64,000 nucleotides of DNA from an uncultured virus (IMG/VR IMGVR_UViG_3300030103_004582). Its lineage: Duplodnaviria > Heunggongvirae > Uroviricota > Caudoviricetes. The stretch lies in IMG/VR virus record IMGVR_UViG_3300030103_004582, positions 1-64,000 of that record, one strand, 5' to 3'. The position numbers and the translations under genes are program-made. Shown piece after piece: positions 18,991 to 28,427 of the stretch. The notes below the pieces were generated by a model. It was not told the DNA's origin, did not search any database, and was given only the letters and a program-made list of their open reading frames with translations. How positions within the stretch are numbered: position 1 is the first letter of the stretch; each line of letters begins with the position of its first letter.

Positions 18991-19872
18991 TTATCTAATT
19001 AAGTTAACTACCATTTCTTTAATATCTCCTCCACTAACAGTTAAATTTGTAGTATTTGTATCTTGTAATAAACCATCCATATCTACACCATCAGGATCAT
19101 ATTGATATGTACTACCTGTACCATCACCGGCCATCCATCCACCGTATACACTTGATTCATCAATTTTATCAATTAATGACTGAATAGTTTTTTTGTTACC
19201 ACTTTCATCATAAAAATTCATAAAAGTTATTTGACCGTATGTTGATGTAGTAGCAGTAGTACCTAAGTTAGTTATAGGTGCTTTATATTGTAAATATTTT
19301 ATCTTTTCTGTTCGGTTAGCAGTCTCATTGAGTTTTACCCTCATTTCTATTGTGCCGGGAGTTACCGCTTTAGTATTACTCCAATTTTTATTGAATGTTT
19401 TTTTATAACTATCTTCAGTTGATAAATCAATAGGTGTCTTAAGAGTTACATAAAAAGTAATCCAATCATTTTGCCAAAATTCTAATTTAGTTATTTGTGC
19501 TGGATAACTAATTGTACCTCTATTGTTGGAGTATAGGTAACATTTACCCCCTAAACTTGTTACTCCATAATTCATAGGACTTTCCACCAATCTAGGAAAT
19601 TTTTTAATCATCATTTGAATTACTGATTGATTAATACAATGTCCTACTTCAGTGTTTCTAGTTGGGTTTGCGGTATGATAGGCATTAACGAATAATTTAG
19701 CCTCATCTGCAGTTATGTCATTACCAGATGCAGTAAATTCTGTGGTATCTATTACAAAATCACCATTAGAATCGGGATTGGTAACTTGTTCCTTAACTAA
19801 ATTACCATAAAGTCTCTCTTCAGTAAAAAGACTTTTAATTCGTTCAATTTCCTCATTAATTTTTTTCTCCAT
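18991..19872 (-). CDS. Hypothetical protein with shared EIERxKSLFxEERLYGN leader
   Basis: 293 aa; first 24 aa are 20/24 identical to those of 23653..24096. Confidence 0.7.
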   Translation of the reverse strand: MEKKINEEIERIKSLFTEERLYGNLVKEQVTNPDSNGDFVIDTTEFTASGNDITADEAKLFVNAYHTANPTRNTEVGHCINQSVIQMMIKKFPRLVESPMNYGVTSLGGKCYLYSNNRGTISYPAQITKLEFWQNDWITFYVTLKTPIDLSTEDSYKKTFNKNWSNTKAVTPGTIEMRVKLNETANRTEKIKYLQYKAPITNLGTTATTSTYGQITFMNFYDESGNKKTIQSLIDKIDESSVYGGWMAGDGTGSTYQYDPDGVDMDGLLQDTNTTNLTVSGGDIKEMVVNLIR

Positions 19873-19875
19873 ATT

Positions 19876-19884
19876 AATAAATAT
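19876..19884 (-). promoter_or_regulatory. Putative late promoter motif ATATTTATT
   Basis: Immediately upstream of ATG 19872. Confidence 0.4.
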
Positions 19885-19902
19885 AACTATATTATATAAT
19901 GT

Positions 19903-22900
19903 TTACAATTCAATACCCCAATGTTTGGCATTTTCTTTATCTGCCTCACTAAATTCTTCGTTTTTATTATTTTCTATTTCTAAGTTTTTTTCTAACTCTT
20001 TTAATTTATCTTGTTCGGGGGCATTTTCTAATAATTCTAATATTTCATCATATTTTGTTATAATAAAAGTTTTAATTTCTTCTGTAGGTTTACCTTCCTT
20101 TTCCATTTGAGTGGCAGTATCTGTTATTTCTCTCAACCATTTACCTGTTTTTTCTAAAATAACTTTACCTATTATACTTTCCATCCCATTAAATACTATA
20201 TCTCTTACATTTTTTTCTACTTTAATATCATATTTACTTAGTAAATTACCTACACCTATTCTAGTTTCAATATCTATCATATGTGCTAATAAATAATAAC
20301 TAGCTAAATCTTCTATTTTTTGTTTTATCGCTAATGAAGAAGCGTCTTTTTTATTAATATCTTCTTTAGAAGTAAGTTTATTATCTATATCGTAACCTGT
20401 AAACTTTTTTAATGCGTCAAAACCTTTACTTAATGCCTTACCAATTTCTTCTCCATAACCTTGTACTAACCCAAATAAAGTTGCTTGTATTAAAGCTTCT
20501 TTATTACTAAACTTAGGTATATATTTTTTTATAACTTTTTTAATGTCATAATCTACCTTTATTAAATCATCTAGAAATGGTTTAAGTTTATCTTTTTTAA
20601 CTCCTTTTTTTGTTAACTGTTGTAAAATTTCTTTTTCTTTTGGAGTTAAGTTTTTCATACTTCTCATTATTTTTTCCAAACCGTCTACCGCTTTATTTGG
20701 CATTTTTTGAAAAGCGTCTATCACATCAGATAATTGTTTTATTTCCTTAGATGAATATTCTGAAACTAAATCTCTTAATTTTTTACTCCATACATCCGCC
20801 GCTTCTGATTTAGTCATACCCTCAAGTGTATTCTTAAATGCTTTATCATTTAACTCCGTTGTTATTTCACCTAAAGCTTTAGTCCATTTTACATTCTTTA
20901 AACCACCTTTTAATGCTTTATTTGTAAATTTCATCGCTTCTGCTCCACTAAACAATGCACCTACTAAAGTTAATCCCGCATTTAATTCCCAACCCTCATC
21001 TTGTTCAATTACATACCCAGCAGCACTCACACCATCAATCGCAGCAGATAATGCCACATTTAATCCTGGTACGGGTATAAATAATACTGCAATAGATGCT
21101 ACATCTGCAATACAATGCCAATCACCTACACACTTACTAGCCCAATCAGAAGTTTTTTCCCATAAACTTCGTACATCATTCTCTACCGCACTATACTCAA
21201 CAATTTTAGACATATTAATAGTTGATCCATTTAATTTAAATGAATTAGTTGGGTTATTAACACAACCACAAGTTCCTAAATTTTTACCTCCACTGTACCA
21301 CCATACACCACCTAGATTCTTTTGACTACACACAAGATTAAAAGTATTTTTATCATTATCTTTATAATCGAATGATTTTTCAACATCATAATAAGGTACA
21401 GGTGGGACTACTATTATTTGTTCATCTATTTTATGTTTTTTTGATTCGGCAACCACTTGTTTTGGGCGTCCATATTCATCAAACCAGTCCGTTTTCCAGG
21501 TGTTCCTACTATTTGGATTCCATCTTACTTTACCATCTGATGGGTTTCTAAAATCTCCTACGGGTTTACTACAATATTCTTTATATTTACTCGCACTTTG
21601 ACTCTCAAACCTTTCATTATGACTTGCTGAGGCGTCTATAATATGTAAATAAGTTTCAATCATTTGTTCTAAATTACTTTTTTCACCCATATTTCTTTGT
21701 GCTAAATCTCTTATTTCTGGTTCTTTAGGTTTTACTGGTGGCGGTTTAATTTTACCATTTAATTGATAATAATAAACCGGTCCATATTTTTTCCACGCTT
21801 TAGTAGTTTGTGGCCCAAATGTTCCATAACCCGGTGTTTTTTTATTTAAAGGTTTACCTGTTGTAGTCCACTGAGTTGGGTAATTTTTGTCTAACCAATT
21901 TTGGAATTTCTGTATAGGTTCTTTTTTAGTTAACTTTCTAGGTAATTTAATTTCACCTATTTGTGATTCTAATTCTTTAAGTAATGCATACCAATCAACT
22001 GGTTTAGGATCATTTTCTAAATCACTTTGGTAAGTATTGTTAGTTAGTAAATTATTAACATAATTAGGTCTGTACTTAGATGGATCATTACTGTCTTGAT
22101 CTCTCCATGAATTATTTCTATAATCTTCTATTGCAAAAGCATTATTTTTACTATTTATGATATCATTAATGGAGTTTTGTATGGTATTATATTTCTCACC
22201 GAATTGTTGTTTCCATTTTTTATAATCTTCTTTCCACCTTTTTAGGGATAATTTATACCTTTCACCTAATTCTATTTGTTCCTTTTTAAATGCTTCTTGA
22301 CCCCAAATACTCAAAATATCTTCTTCAACAACTGTTTTTAATTTAAAATATTCTTTTATTAAGTCACCTGGCCACAATAAATTGGTATTACCAATACCTA
22401 TTCCACTACTATAAGGATTATTAAATACTTCTTCTAATTTACTTTTAGAATTACTAAATGTGAGTAAATTACATGCTAAACCGTCCCAATTACCTAGTTT
22501 TCGTAACCTATTCCAACTACTATAAACACTATTATATGTCCCAATAGCGTTGTTTATAATATTTTTTTCACTTTTAGGGTTTAATAGTACATCATATGTA
22601 GAAGAAAGAATATTTCCCCCAACATCATAAGAATATCTTCCATCATCTTCCGCTCTACTATTAAAATCTTTAATGGTTACCATTTTTCCGTTATATTCAT
22701 AAGTTACTGCACCCATATGAGGATCACCATATTGTCTAGCTTTACACCAGTCCCAATCTGGACCAGGTATTCCTGCAACTATATTCCCCTTTGGTCTACA
22801 TGCGACATAGGTATTTAACTCGTTAATACCATAATTAATTTTTCCTGGTGCAGTACTATTTTGAATCCATCCACTTCCCAACTTTGGAGTTGAGATAGCC

Positions 22901-22995
22901 GCACCAGATATTCCATCTACTTCTTGTTCACTAATAATTAAAAAATCATTATCAAAAACTTTTTTATACTGTGTTTCGGAAATTATAATTTTCAT
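19903..22995 (-). CDS. Large leader-bearing protein with peptidoglycan-binding-like and pre-toxin-TG-like hydrophobic domains
   Basis: 1030 aa; MKIIISETQYKK..IISE|Q; IQKFQNWLD..GTFGPQTTKAW; DVASIAVLFIPVPG..AIDGVSAAGY..NAGLTLVG. Confidence 0.6.
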   Translation of the reverse strand: MKIIISETQYKKVFDNDFLIISEQEVDGISGAAISTPKLGSGWIQNSTAPGKINYGINELNTYVACRPKGNIVAGIPGPDWDWCKARQYGDPHMGAVTYEYNGKMVTIKDFNSRAEDDGRYSYDVGGNILSSTYDVLLNPKSEKNIINNAIGTYNSVYSSWNRLRKLGNWDGLACNLLTFSNSKSKLEEVFNNPYSSGIGIGNTNLLWPGDLIKEYFKLKTVVEEDILSIWGQEAFKKEQIELGERYKLSLKRWKEDYKKWKQQFGEKYNTIQNSINDIINSKNNAFAIEDYRNNSWRDQDSNDPSKYRPNYVNNLLTNNTYQSDLENDPKPVDWYALLKELESQIGEIKLPRKLTKKEPIQKFQNWLDKNYPTQWTTTGKPLNKKTPGYGTFGPQTTKAWKKYGPVYYYQLNGKIKPPPVKPKEPEIRDLAQRNMGEKSNLEQMIETYLHIIDASASHNERFESQSASKYKEYCSKPVGDFRNPSDGKVRWNPNSRNTWKTDWFDEYGRPKQVVAESKKHKIDEQIIVVPPVPYYDVEKSFDYKDNDKNTFNLVCSQKNLGGVWWYSGGKNLGTCGCVNNPTNSFKLNGSTINMSKIVEYSAVENDVRSLWEKTSDWASKCVGDWHCIADVASIAVLFIPVPGLNVALSAAIDGVSAAGYVIEQDEGWELNAGLTLVGALFSGAEAMKFTNKALKGGLKNVKWTKALGEITTELNDKAFKNTLEGMTKSEAADVWSKKLRDLVSEYSSKEIKQLSDVIDAFQKMPNKAVDGLEKIMRSMKNLTPKEKEILQQLTKKGVKKDKLKPFLDDLIKVDYDIKKVIKKYIPKFSNKEALIQATLFGLVQGYGEEIGKALSKGFDALKKFTGYDIDNKLTSKEDINKKDASSLAIKQKIEDLASYYLLAHMIDIETRIGVGNLLSKYDIKVEKNVRDIVFNGMESIIGKVILEKTGKWLREITDTATQMEKEGKPTEEIKTFIITKYDEILELLENAPEQDKLKELEKNLEIENNKNEEFSEADKENAKHWGIEL

Positions 22996-23011
22996 TCTAA
23001 TAGAGTTTTTA

Positions 23012-23020
23012 TATAAATAT
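23012..23020 (-). promoter_or_regulatory. Putative late promoter motif ATATTTATA
   Basis: 16 nt upstream of ATG 22995, just past the tail-tube terminator. Confidence 0.6.
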
Positions 23021-23032
23021 TTAAAAGCATAG

Positions 23033-23056
23033 AAAAAGTCGCTTTATGCGACTTTT
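23033..23056 (-). terminator. Intrinsic terminator after tail tube gene
   Basis: aaaagtcgc-tttat-gcgactttt hairpin with A/T tracts at both ends. Confidence 0.75.
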
Positions 23057-23079
23057 AATATTATATATGTTAATTTGAT

Positions 23080-23568
23080 TTAGAATACGTTAATTGCTCT
23101 ATCAAACCTTAATGTACATGTAATGTCTGCTAAGTCAGAAGAACTATAATCTAAACCACCAAAATCAGCGTCATTTAATTGAGTACCTTCTAAAATCCAT
23201 TTTTGTACTACTACACCTGTTGGATCTAACATTTCTAATTCTACATTCTTTTTGTATCCTGCTGCGTATCCTTGTCTACCAGTTACAGATTCAGAGTGTA
23301 ATCTTACCCATTCCATTAATGCTTGTGTTGCAGAAGGACCAATTGGATCTCTAAATGTAACAGAGATTGTTTCCCATCTAAATCTACCGATAACATACGT
23401 CTCAGTATTTAAAAATGGTATTGATACTTCATCACTAGTGTATTTAGGTCTACTTGCAGTAGAAATCCACCATTCTTGAATACCTAAATCATCAGGAAAT
23501 CTAAGAATCCATCTATTCTTTCTTAATGGTTCATAAGGAACCGGCATTCTCATTAATAAATCTGCCAT
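23080..23568 (-). CDS. gp19: Tail tube protein (T4 gp19-like)
   Basis: YEPLRKNRWIL..ASRP..GRFRWETISVTFRDPI..ALMEW..YKKNVELEMLDPTGVVVQKWILEG..LDY..LRFD. Confidence 0.9.
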   Translation of the reverse strand: MADLLMRMPVPYEPLRKNRWILRFPDDLGIQEWWISTASRPKYTSDEVSIPFLNTETYVIGRFRWETISVTFRDPIGPSATQALMEWVRLHSESVTGRQGYAAGYKKNVELEMLDPTGVVVQKWILEGTQLNDADFGGLDYSSSDLADITCTLRFDRAINVF

Positions 23569-23605
23569 AATTTCTTTTTTTTATCGTTGTTTTTTATTCT
23601 TTATT

Positions 23606-23614
23606 AATAAATAT
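23606..23614 (-). promoter_or_regulatory. Putative late promoter motif ATATTTATT
   Basis: 37 nt upstream of the tail tube ATG. Confidence 0.55.
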
Positions 23615-23652
23615 CTAAAATTTAAAAAAAACTAAATCTTTAATGTTTTTTA

Positions 23653-24096
23653 TTATCTTTCTAATTGTGAAGTAGGGTTATCTTGTGCCCTTTCGTCTTC
23701 TCTATTAGAACTAACAGAAAAATCTAAATCTTCTATAATAATCTCATTAGTCTCAATAGCCATTTTATACGTATCTATCGCATCTCCCACATGAAGAGTT
23801 AATCTATCATATGCGTCATTACTCATTTTAGATTCATTTGATTTATCTATTATTTTTTCAACCTCATTAATAGTTTCTTCTAATTCTTCATTAAGTTCTT
23901 TTAACGCACCAGATAATTCATAAGCATATTTAGTATAACTATATCCAGTACCTCTAAACATTCCACCAATACCTTTTAATGTAGACTTTAAACCTTCATT
24001 TAAATTTTCTTTACCATTTTCTATATTACCGTAAAGTCTTTCCTCATTAAATAATGATTTCATTCTTTCAATTTCGTTATTTATATTCTTTTCCAT
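23653..24096 (-). CDS. Acidic coiled-coil protein with shared EIERxKSLFxEERLYGN leader
   Basis: 147 aa; leader ends ENLNE|G. Confidence 0.7.
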   Translation of the reverse strand: MEKNINNEIERMKSLFNEERLYGNIENGKENLNEGLKSTLKGIGGMFRGTGYSYTKYAYELSGALKELNEELEETINEVEKIIDKSNESKMSNDAYDRLTLHVGDAIDTYKMAIETNEIIIEDLDFSVSSNREDERAQDNPTSQLER

Positions 24097-24107
24097 TTTA
24101 GTCTTTT

Positions 24108-24518
24108 TTATTTAAAATTATTTTCATGAGCTATACGCGCAATAGATTTTTTATGATATATTTTATTTGTATCCATTTTTAATTTAACCATATGTAATAA
24201 ACTGTCTGCTCCATCAAACATGACTGACCCTTTAAAACTATCTCCAGCAAGATAATCATTATCATTTTTAAAGATTTCATTCGCTTCATAATATAAATCG
24301 GGATTTTTATCGAATGCCATAAACGCAGCTTCAATAATCGCCTCATCATCCATAAACACTCCCATCGCATCTAGTATTAATTTATATAGTTTTTTTGCGT
24401 CATCTAGATTTTCTATATATTCATAATCATAATTTTGTTCTGTTAATACTCTTTTTACAATTCTTTTTAAGTCATTTTCAGTTAACTTAATTACTTTATC
24501 GTTTTTTTTAATTCTCAT
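24108..24518 (-). CDS. Small protein with IKLTENDLKRIVKRVLTE|Q leader and annexin-repeat-like segment
   Basis: 136 aa; DAKKLYKLILDAMGVFMDDEAIIEAAF. Confidence 0.6.
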   Translation of the reverse strand: MRIKKNDKVIKLTENDLKRIVKRVLTEQNYDYEYIENLDDAKKLYKLILDAMGVFMDDEAIIEAAFMAFDKNPDLYYEANEIFKNDNDYLAGDSFKGSVMFDGADSLLHMVKLKMDTNKIYHKKSIARIAHENNFK

Positions 24519-24558
24519 TACTTTGTATTTTAAAATATGGTTTATTTCACCATTTATT

Positions 24559-24567
24559 AATAAATAT
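24559..24567 (-). promoter_or_regulatory. Putative late promoter motif ATATTTATT
   Basis: 40 nt upstream of ATG 24518. Confidence 0.5.
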
Positions 24568-24586
24568 TTAGTAATTAAATAAAATT

Positions 24587-25405
24587 CTATTTTTTAATTA
24601 TTATTCGTTTCTTTTTAGGGTTATCAGGATCAGATGTATCATATACTAAAAATTTAACATCAGGATATAATTTTTTTAATTTCTCCTCAATGTACTTCTC
24701 CGCACTCTCAATATTACCTAAATCATCATCACTAAAACCTATACTCATACCATTATATTCTGGATTATCTTTCATTTCTTTAACTGCACTAACTACTCTA
24801 TCTACAAAAGTCTTTAATGCAATCATTTTACCGACTTCTGGGTTTGTTACACTTACATCAGTATCAAATTCTTCTACAAACTCGTCAGAAGTCACAGGAT
24901 AGTAGTCCTGTAAGTTTAGATATTGTTCTATAGATGTACCATGTAAGTTAGATAACATTTTTTCTTTTTGTTCTTCAGTGAAAAGAGTGTCAATTATCAC
25001 TTTTATACCATCTTTAATTGCTTTAGGTGGGTTTCCTCTAGCAGTTATTATAGAGAAGTCATTACCATATAATAATGCTTCTTTAAATTTATCAAAACTG
25101 GGACCAAAAGATTTTTTTCTTAATGCTTCTTTTGTGTCTCTTATAAATGCGTCATAATCTCTGAAATCTTTAAACGCATAATATAAGTCATCTTTTTCAT
25201 ATCTATAATCTTTACCAACTCTATTCCTAATTTCTCTAAATTCTTCAGTACCTACTAAAACAGGTATCCATCCATCACCTACCTTTTTCTCTAAATAAAT
25301 TTTAGTGGGCATAAATAAAATATTATCGTCCCAATCAAATGAATATGCTCTTTTTTTAAATTCCAAAAGTAGACTTTTTTGATATTGACTTAATTTTATT
25401 TTCAT
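24587..25405 (-). CDS. HAD-superfamily phosphatase-like protein with N-terminal leader
   Basis: Motif I FDWDDN, motif II IITARG, K in GKMIAL, motif IV GFSDDD; probable ATG 25405 (track TTG start lies in the terminator tract). Confidence 0.7.
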   Translation of the reverse strand: MKIKLSQYQKSLLLEFKKRAYSFDWDDNILFMPTKIYLEKKVGDGWIPVLVGTEEFREIRNRVGKDYRYEKDDLYYAFKDFRDYDAFIRDTKEALRKKSFGPSFDKFKEALLYGNDFSIITARGNPPKAIKDGIKVIIDTLFTEEQKEKMLSNLHGTSIEQYLNLQDYYPVTSDEFVEEFDTDVSVTNPEVGKMIALKTFVDRVVSAVKEMKDNPEYNGMSIGFSDDDLGNIESAEKYIEEKLKKLYPDVKFLVYDTSDPDNPKKKRIIIKK

Positions 25406-25409
25406 AGAC

Positions 25410-25437
25410 AAAAAAAAGGTGGGAATAATCCCACCTT
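25410..25437 (-). terminator. Intrinsic terminator after tail sheath gene
   Basis: aaggtggga-ataa-tcccacctt hairpin with U8 tract on the minus strand. Confidence 0.85.
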
Positions 25438-25457
25438 ATAATTATATTTTATTTATT

Positions 25458-28283
25458 TTAGATATCATCAAAAGATGCTCCAGTATTAGTAATATTAAAT
25501 TCAATACTAATGTACTCTAAAGATCTTGTCGGTTTAATGAATATTCTACCATTTAATTCATTTCTGTCGATAGATTCTGGTGTATCATCTAATACAACTC
25601 TAAAGTCAGTTAAACCTCTTTCTTTTCTAATATTATCCAATATTGGATTAACTAATGAAAGGAATTGATTTCTTACAACATCATCATTCTGTTCGAATAA
25701 TAATCTAATAGATACTGCCGAAATAAGTTTTCTAGCTTGTAATAACAATCTTCTAACATTAATTCTGTTAAGTGCCGTATCTTTAGATTGTAAGGTTTTA
25801 TTACCCCAAATACAAACACCTACATCTGAGAATGTTGCCATTGGATTAATTCTTCCTTCATATAAATCATCTCTTTGATCTAAAGTTAATTTTGTTCTCG
25901 CTTTAATTGCATTTGTAGTACCTCTGTTTAAACCAGCTGCTGCGAACCAAGGGAACGCTACGTTATCCGTTAATGCAATGTTTCTAACAACTTCTAATGT
26001 TGGTGGTAACCAAATGTATTGATTATTTTCTGTATCATTCATCTGTAACCAAGGGAAGTAAGTTGCAGAATAGTTACTATCTATTCCTGAATCATCTAAT
26101 ATTCCTGTTGCTTCATCTGGTGTTAAAACAGTTTCTCCATCGCTACTAGTATCTGGTGTAGTAATTACATACAATGAATCTGCTCTATCATTTTCAACCA
26201 TATCAACCGCTGCATCAATTAAGGAAGGTTGATCTCTTAAATCTAATCCTGGTGTTGCAAAAACATTTATATTTACTGCTTCTGGATTATTATAAGTATA
26301 TATTCCTTCTAAATATGCAAAGTAATCTGAAGTTATACCATCATCTCCTTCAGAAGTAGTATAAGTTGTAAACGTTCCATTAAGTAAACCTTCATTACCC
26401 TTACTACCAGTTTTGGTATATGAGTCAGTATTTGTTCTGTCTAAACGATACACATCCCAACCATCAAAACCACCGTATGGTGCGAAAGTAAATTTCCTAG
26501 CAGTTACTTTTTCATATGGCCCACTTTGTAAAGATGCTTCAGTAGTAAATGCTGATATACCTACTTGTAATGATGGAAAATAACTATCATTACCTGCTGA
26601 TATTTCTGCCCCTTTTGCGTTTACGTCTAAGTGAAAACCATCCGATTTACCAGTATACGCTACTTTAGTTACTGCGTCTAATCCTTTGTAATCGAAGAAA
26701 TCTTGATCTACACCAATAGTCGTATTAAGACCTAAATAGTATTTTCTTATTTGTGAGTTATTCAATGAAGGGTATTTTGTACCATACTCTATTTGTGGTG
26801 GTAATGCCGTAGTATCACCGATATAGTCTCTGACTTGTACTCCCTCAAAACCTGCAGGTACACCATTAGTTGGGTAATCGGTTGCCATATCTACCATAAT
26901 ATAATTACTTCTTAATGGGAATTCACCATCTGACGTACCAATTTTTCTACCAATAAATCCGTTATCTGTAGGGTCTAAAGAAAGTTTAGAAAATTTCTCT
27001 AAAACACTTAGATTGGCGTCATTATCATTATATCTTCTTACTATTAAATCAAATGTTTTATCATCTGGTTTAATGTTGATAATAGAAAATTTAATATCTC
27101 TGTTAGCTGCATTACCATCAGATATTGTAATAAATCTAAATAATCTCTGAAGTTTATTACCCCTTAATTCAGATAATACGTATGGGGAAGCTGCAGACTG
27201 ATATTTTTCTTCATAATTACTTAAATTATAAGTAGAATCTGCACTTATTCTAACAAAATCAATGTTTAAACCTCTTACTTTACCAGCAGTATTTAAATCA
27301 TCTAAACTGTTAATGAACAATTCTTCTACAAAAAGTTCTGTTTCTTTATCTTGTGAACTAACACCAAAAACATTAGGTAAATAGTTCTTTTTAGTCTTAT
27401 CTAAAGACACATTATAATCAAAGTCAACACCACTACTTGTTGTACCATTTATTGTAAAACTACCAAAAGGGTTAGTTACAATTGAGGATGTATTTGTCAT
27501 ACTTACATCTGTTATACCTGATACTGTGTAATCTAATATTTGATCTCCACCATAATTACCTCTAGATCTTAAAGTGGCAACCACACTACCATCAATATCA
27601 TAAGATGATGCAGTATAAGTTACTACTGTACCTGAAGTAACACCTGTTACAAAACCTGGTGTAGAACCAGATGTTGAAGTAACTTCCATTGAGAAAGTAG
27701 CACCAGAAAAGTCACTACCCACTTCTATATATTTAGGTGAAGTTATTGATATAGTATCACCAGTTGCACTTAAACCTATTGCAGAAAAACTATTACTAAT
27801 TTCCCCTTGATCATATAATTCTTGTAAAAGAGGATCACTAAATGTCATTGTAACTGGTGTTCCACCTGTACTCGCACTATAAGTTAATAATGTAGGATAA
27901 GAAGTAGTACCTATTACTTCTTCTGTTGATGGATCAAACTCTGCATCCAATGTAATACACCAAGCATTACCTGCTTTATATCCTGATAATCCTAATACTC
28001 TACTAACATAAAGTTGATTTGTTTGTGTTAAAAACGATCTAGCTATATAGTTAAGTTCATATTTTGGATATCCATTACCTTTATATTTTTCAGGGTTTAG
28101 GTTACCAAAATATGATGTGAATTCATCATAATTAGAAATGAATACTGGTTCAAATGCAGGACCTTTAGGTGTTTCCCCTAGTAAACCTAATGTAGTTACC
28201 CCCACTTGTCTTGTTACGAATGTTAAATCCTTTTCTGATGTAAAAACACCTGGACTAACGAAAATTCTATTTGTTGAAGCCAT
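25458..28283 (-). CDS. gp18: Contractile tail sheath protein (T4 gp18-like)
   Basis: FVSPGVFTSEKDL..GETPKGPAFEP; PWFAAAGLNRG..QRDDLYEGRINP..WGNKTLQ..RINVRRLL..FEQND..IKPTRSLEYI. Confidence 0.95.
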   Translation of the reverse strand: MASTNRIFVSPGVFTSEKDLTFVTRQVGVTTLGLLGETPKGPAFEPVFISNYDEFTSYFGNLNPEKYKGNGYPKYELNYIARSFLTQTNQLYVSRVLGLSGYKAGNAWCITLDAEFDPSTEEVIGTTSYPTLLTYSASTGGTPVTMTFSDPLLQELYDQGEISNSFSAIGLSATGDTISITSPKYIEVGSDFSGATFSMEVTSTSGSTPGFVTGVTSGTVVTYTASSYDIDGSVVATLRSRGNYGGDQILDYTVSGITDVSMTNTSSIVTNPFGSFTINGTTSSGVDFDYNVSLDKTKKNYLPNVFGVSSQDKETELFVEELFINSLDDLNTAGKVRGLNIDFVRISADSTYNLSNYEEKYQSAASPYVLSELRGNKLQRLFRFITISDGNAANRDIKFSIINIKPDDKTFDLIVRRYNDNDANLSVLEKFSKLSLDPTDNGFIGRKIGTSDGEFPLRSNYIMVDMATDYPTNGVPAGFEGVQVRDYIGDTTALPPQIEYGTKYPSLNNSQIRKYYLGLNTTIGVDQDFFDYKGLDAVTKVAYTGKSDGFHLDVNAKGAEISAGNDSYFPSLQVGISAFTTEASLQSGPYEKVTARKFTFAPYGGFDGWDVYRLDRTNTDSYTKTGSKGNEGLLNGTFTTYTTSEGDDGITSDYFAYLEGIYTYNNPEAVNINVFATPGLDLRDQPSLIDAAVDMVENDRADSLYVITTPDTSSDGETVLTPDEATGILDDSGIDSNYSATYFPWLQMNDTENNQYIWLPPTLEVVRNIALTDNVAFPWFAAAGLNRGTTNAIKARTKLTLDQRDDLYEGRINPMATFSDVGVCIWGNKTLQSKDTALNRINVRRLLLQARKLISAVSIRLLFEQNDDVVRNQFLSLVNPILDNIRKERGLTDFRVVLDDTPESIDRNELNGRIFIKPTRSLEYISIEFNITNTGASFDDI

Positions 28284-28324
28284 TTAATTTTTTATTTTAA
28301 TCTTTTTTATTATTTTGTTTTTAT

Positions 28325-28333
28325 TATAAATAT
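28325..28333 (-). promoter_or_regulatory. Putative late promoter motif ATATTTATA
   Basis: 41 nt upstream of the sheath ATG. Confidence 0.55.
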
Positions 28334-28380
28334 GCAATTATTTTTGAAAGTAAGTGAATTATTTTAATATTCAGATATTT

Positions 28381-28411
28381 AGTATGATATTTTTCATACT
28401 TTTGTCATACT
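28381..28411. promoter_or_regulatory. Operator-like array AGTATGA/TCATACT/TCATACT upstream of the RHH-like gene
   Basis: Inverted pair 28381-28387 / 28394-28400 plus direct copy 28405-28411 (11-bp period), overlapping TACTTTTG (-7-like). Confidence 0.6.
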
Positions 28412-28427
28412 TATATAAAAAACAACT

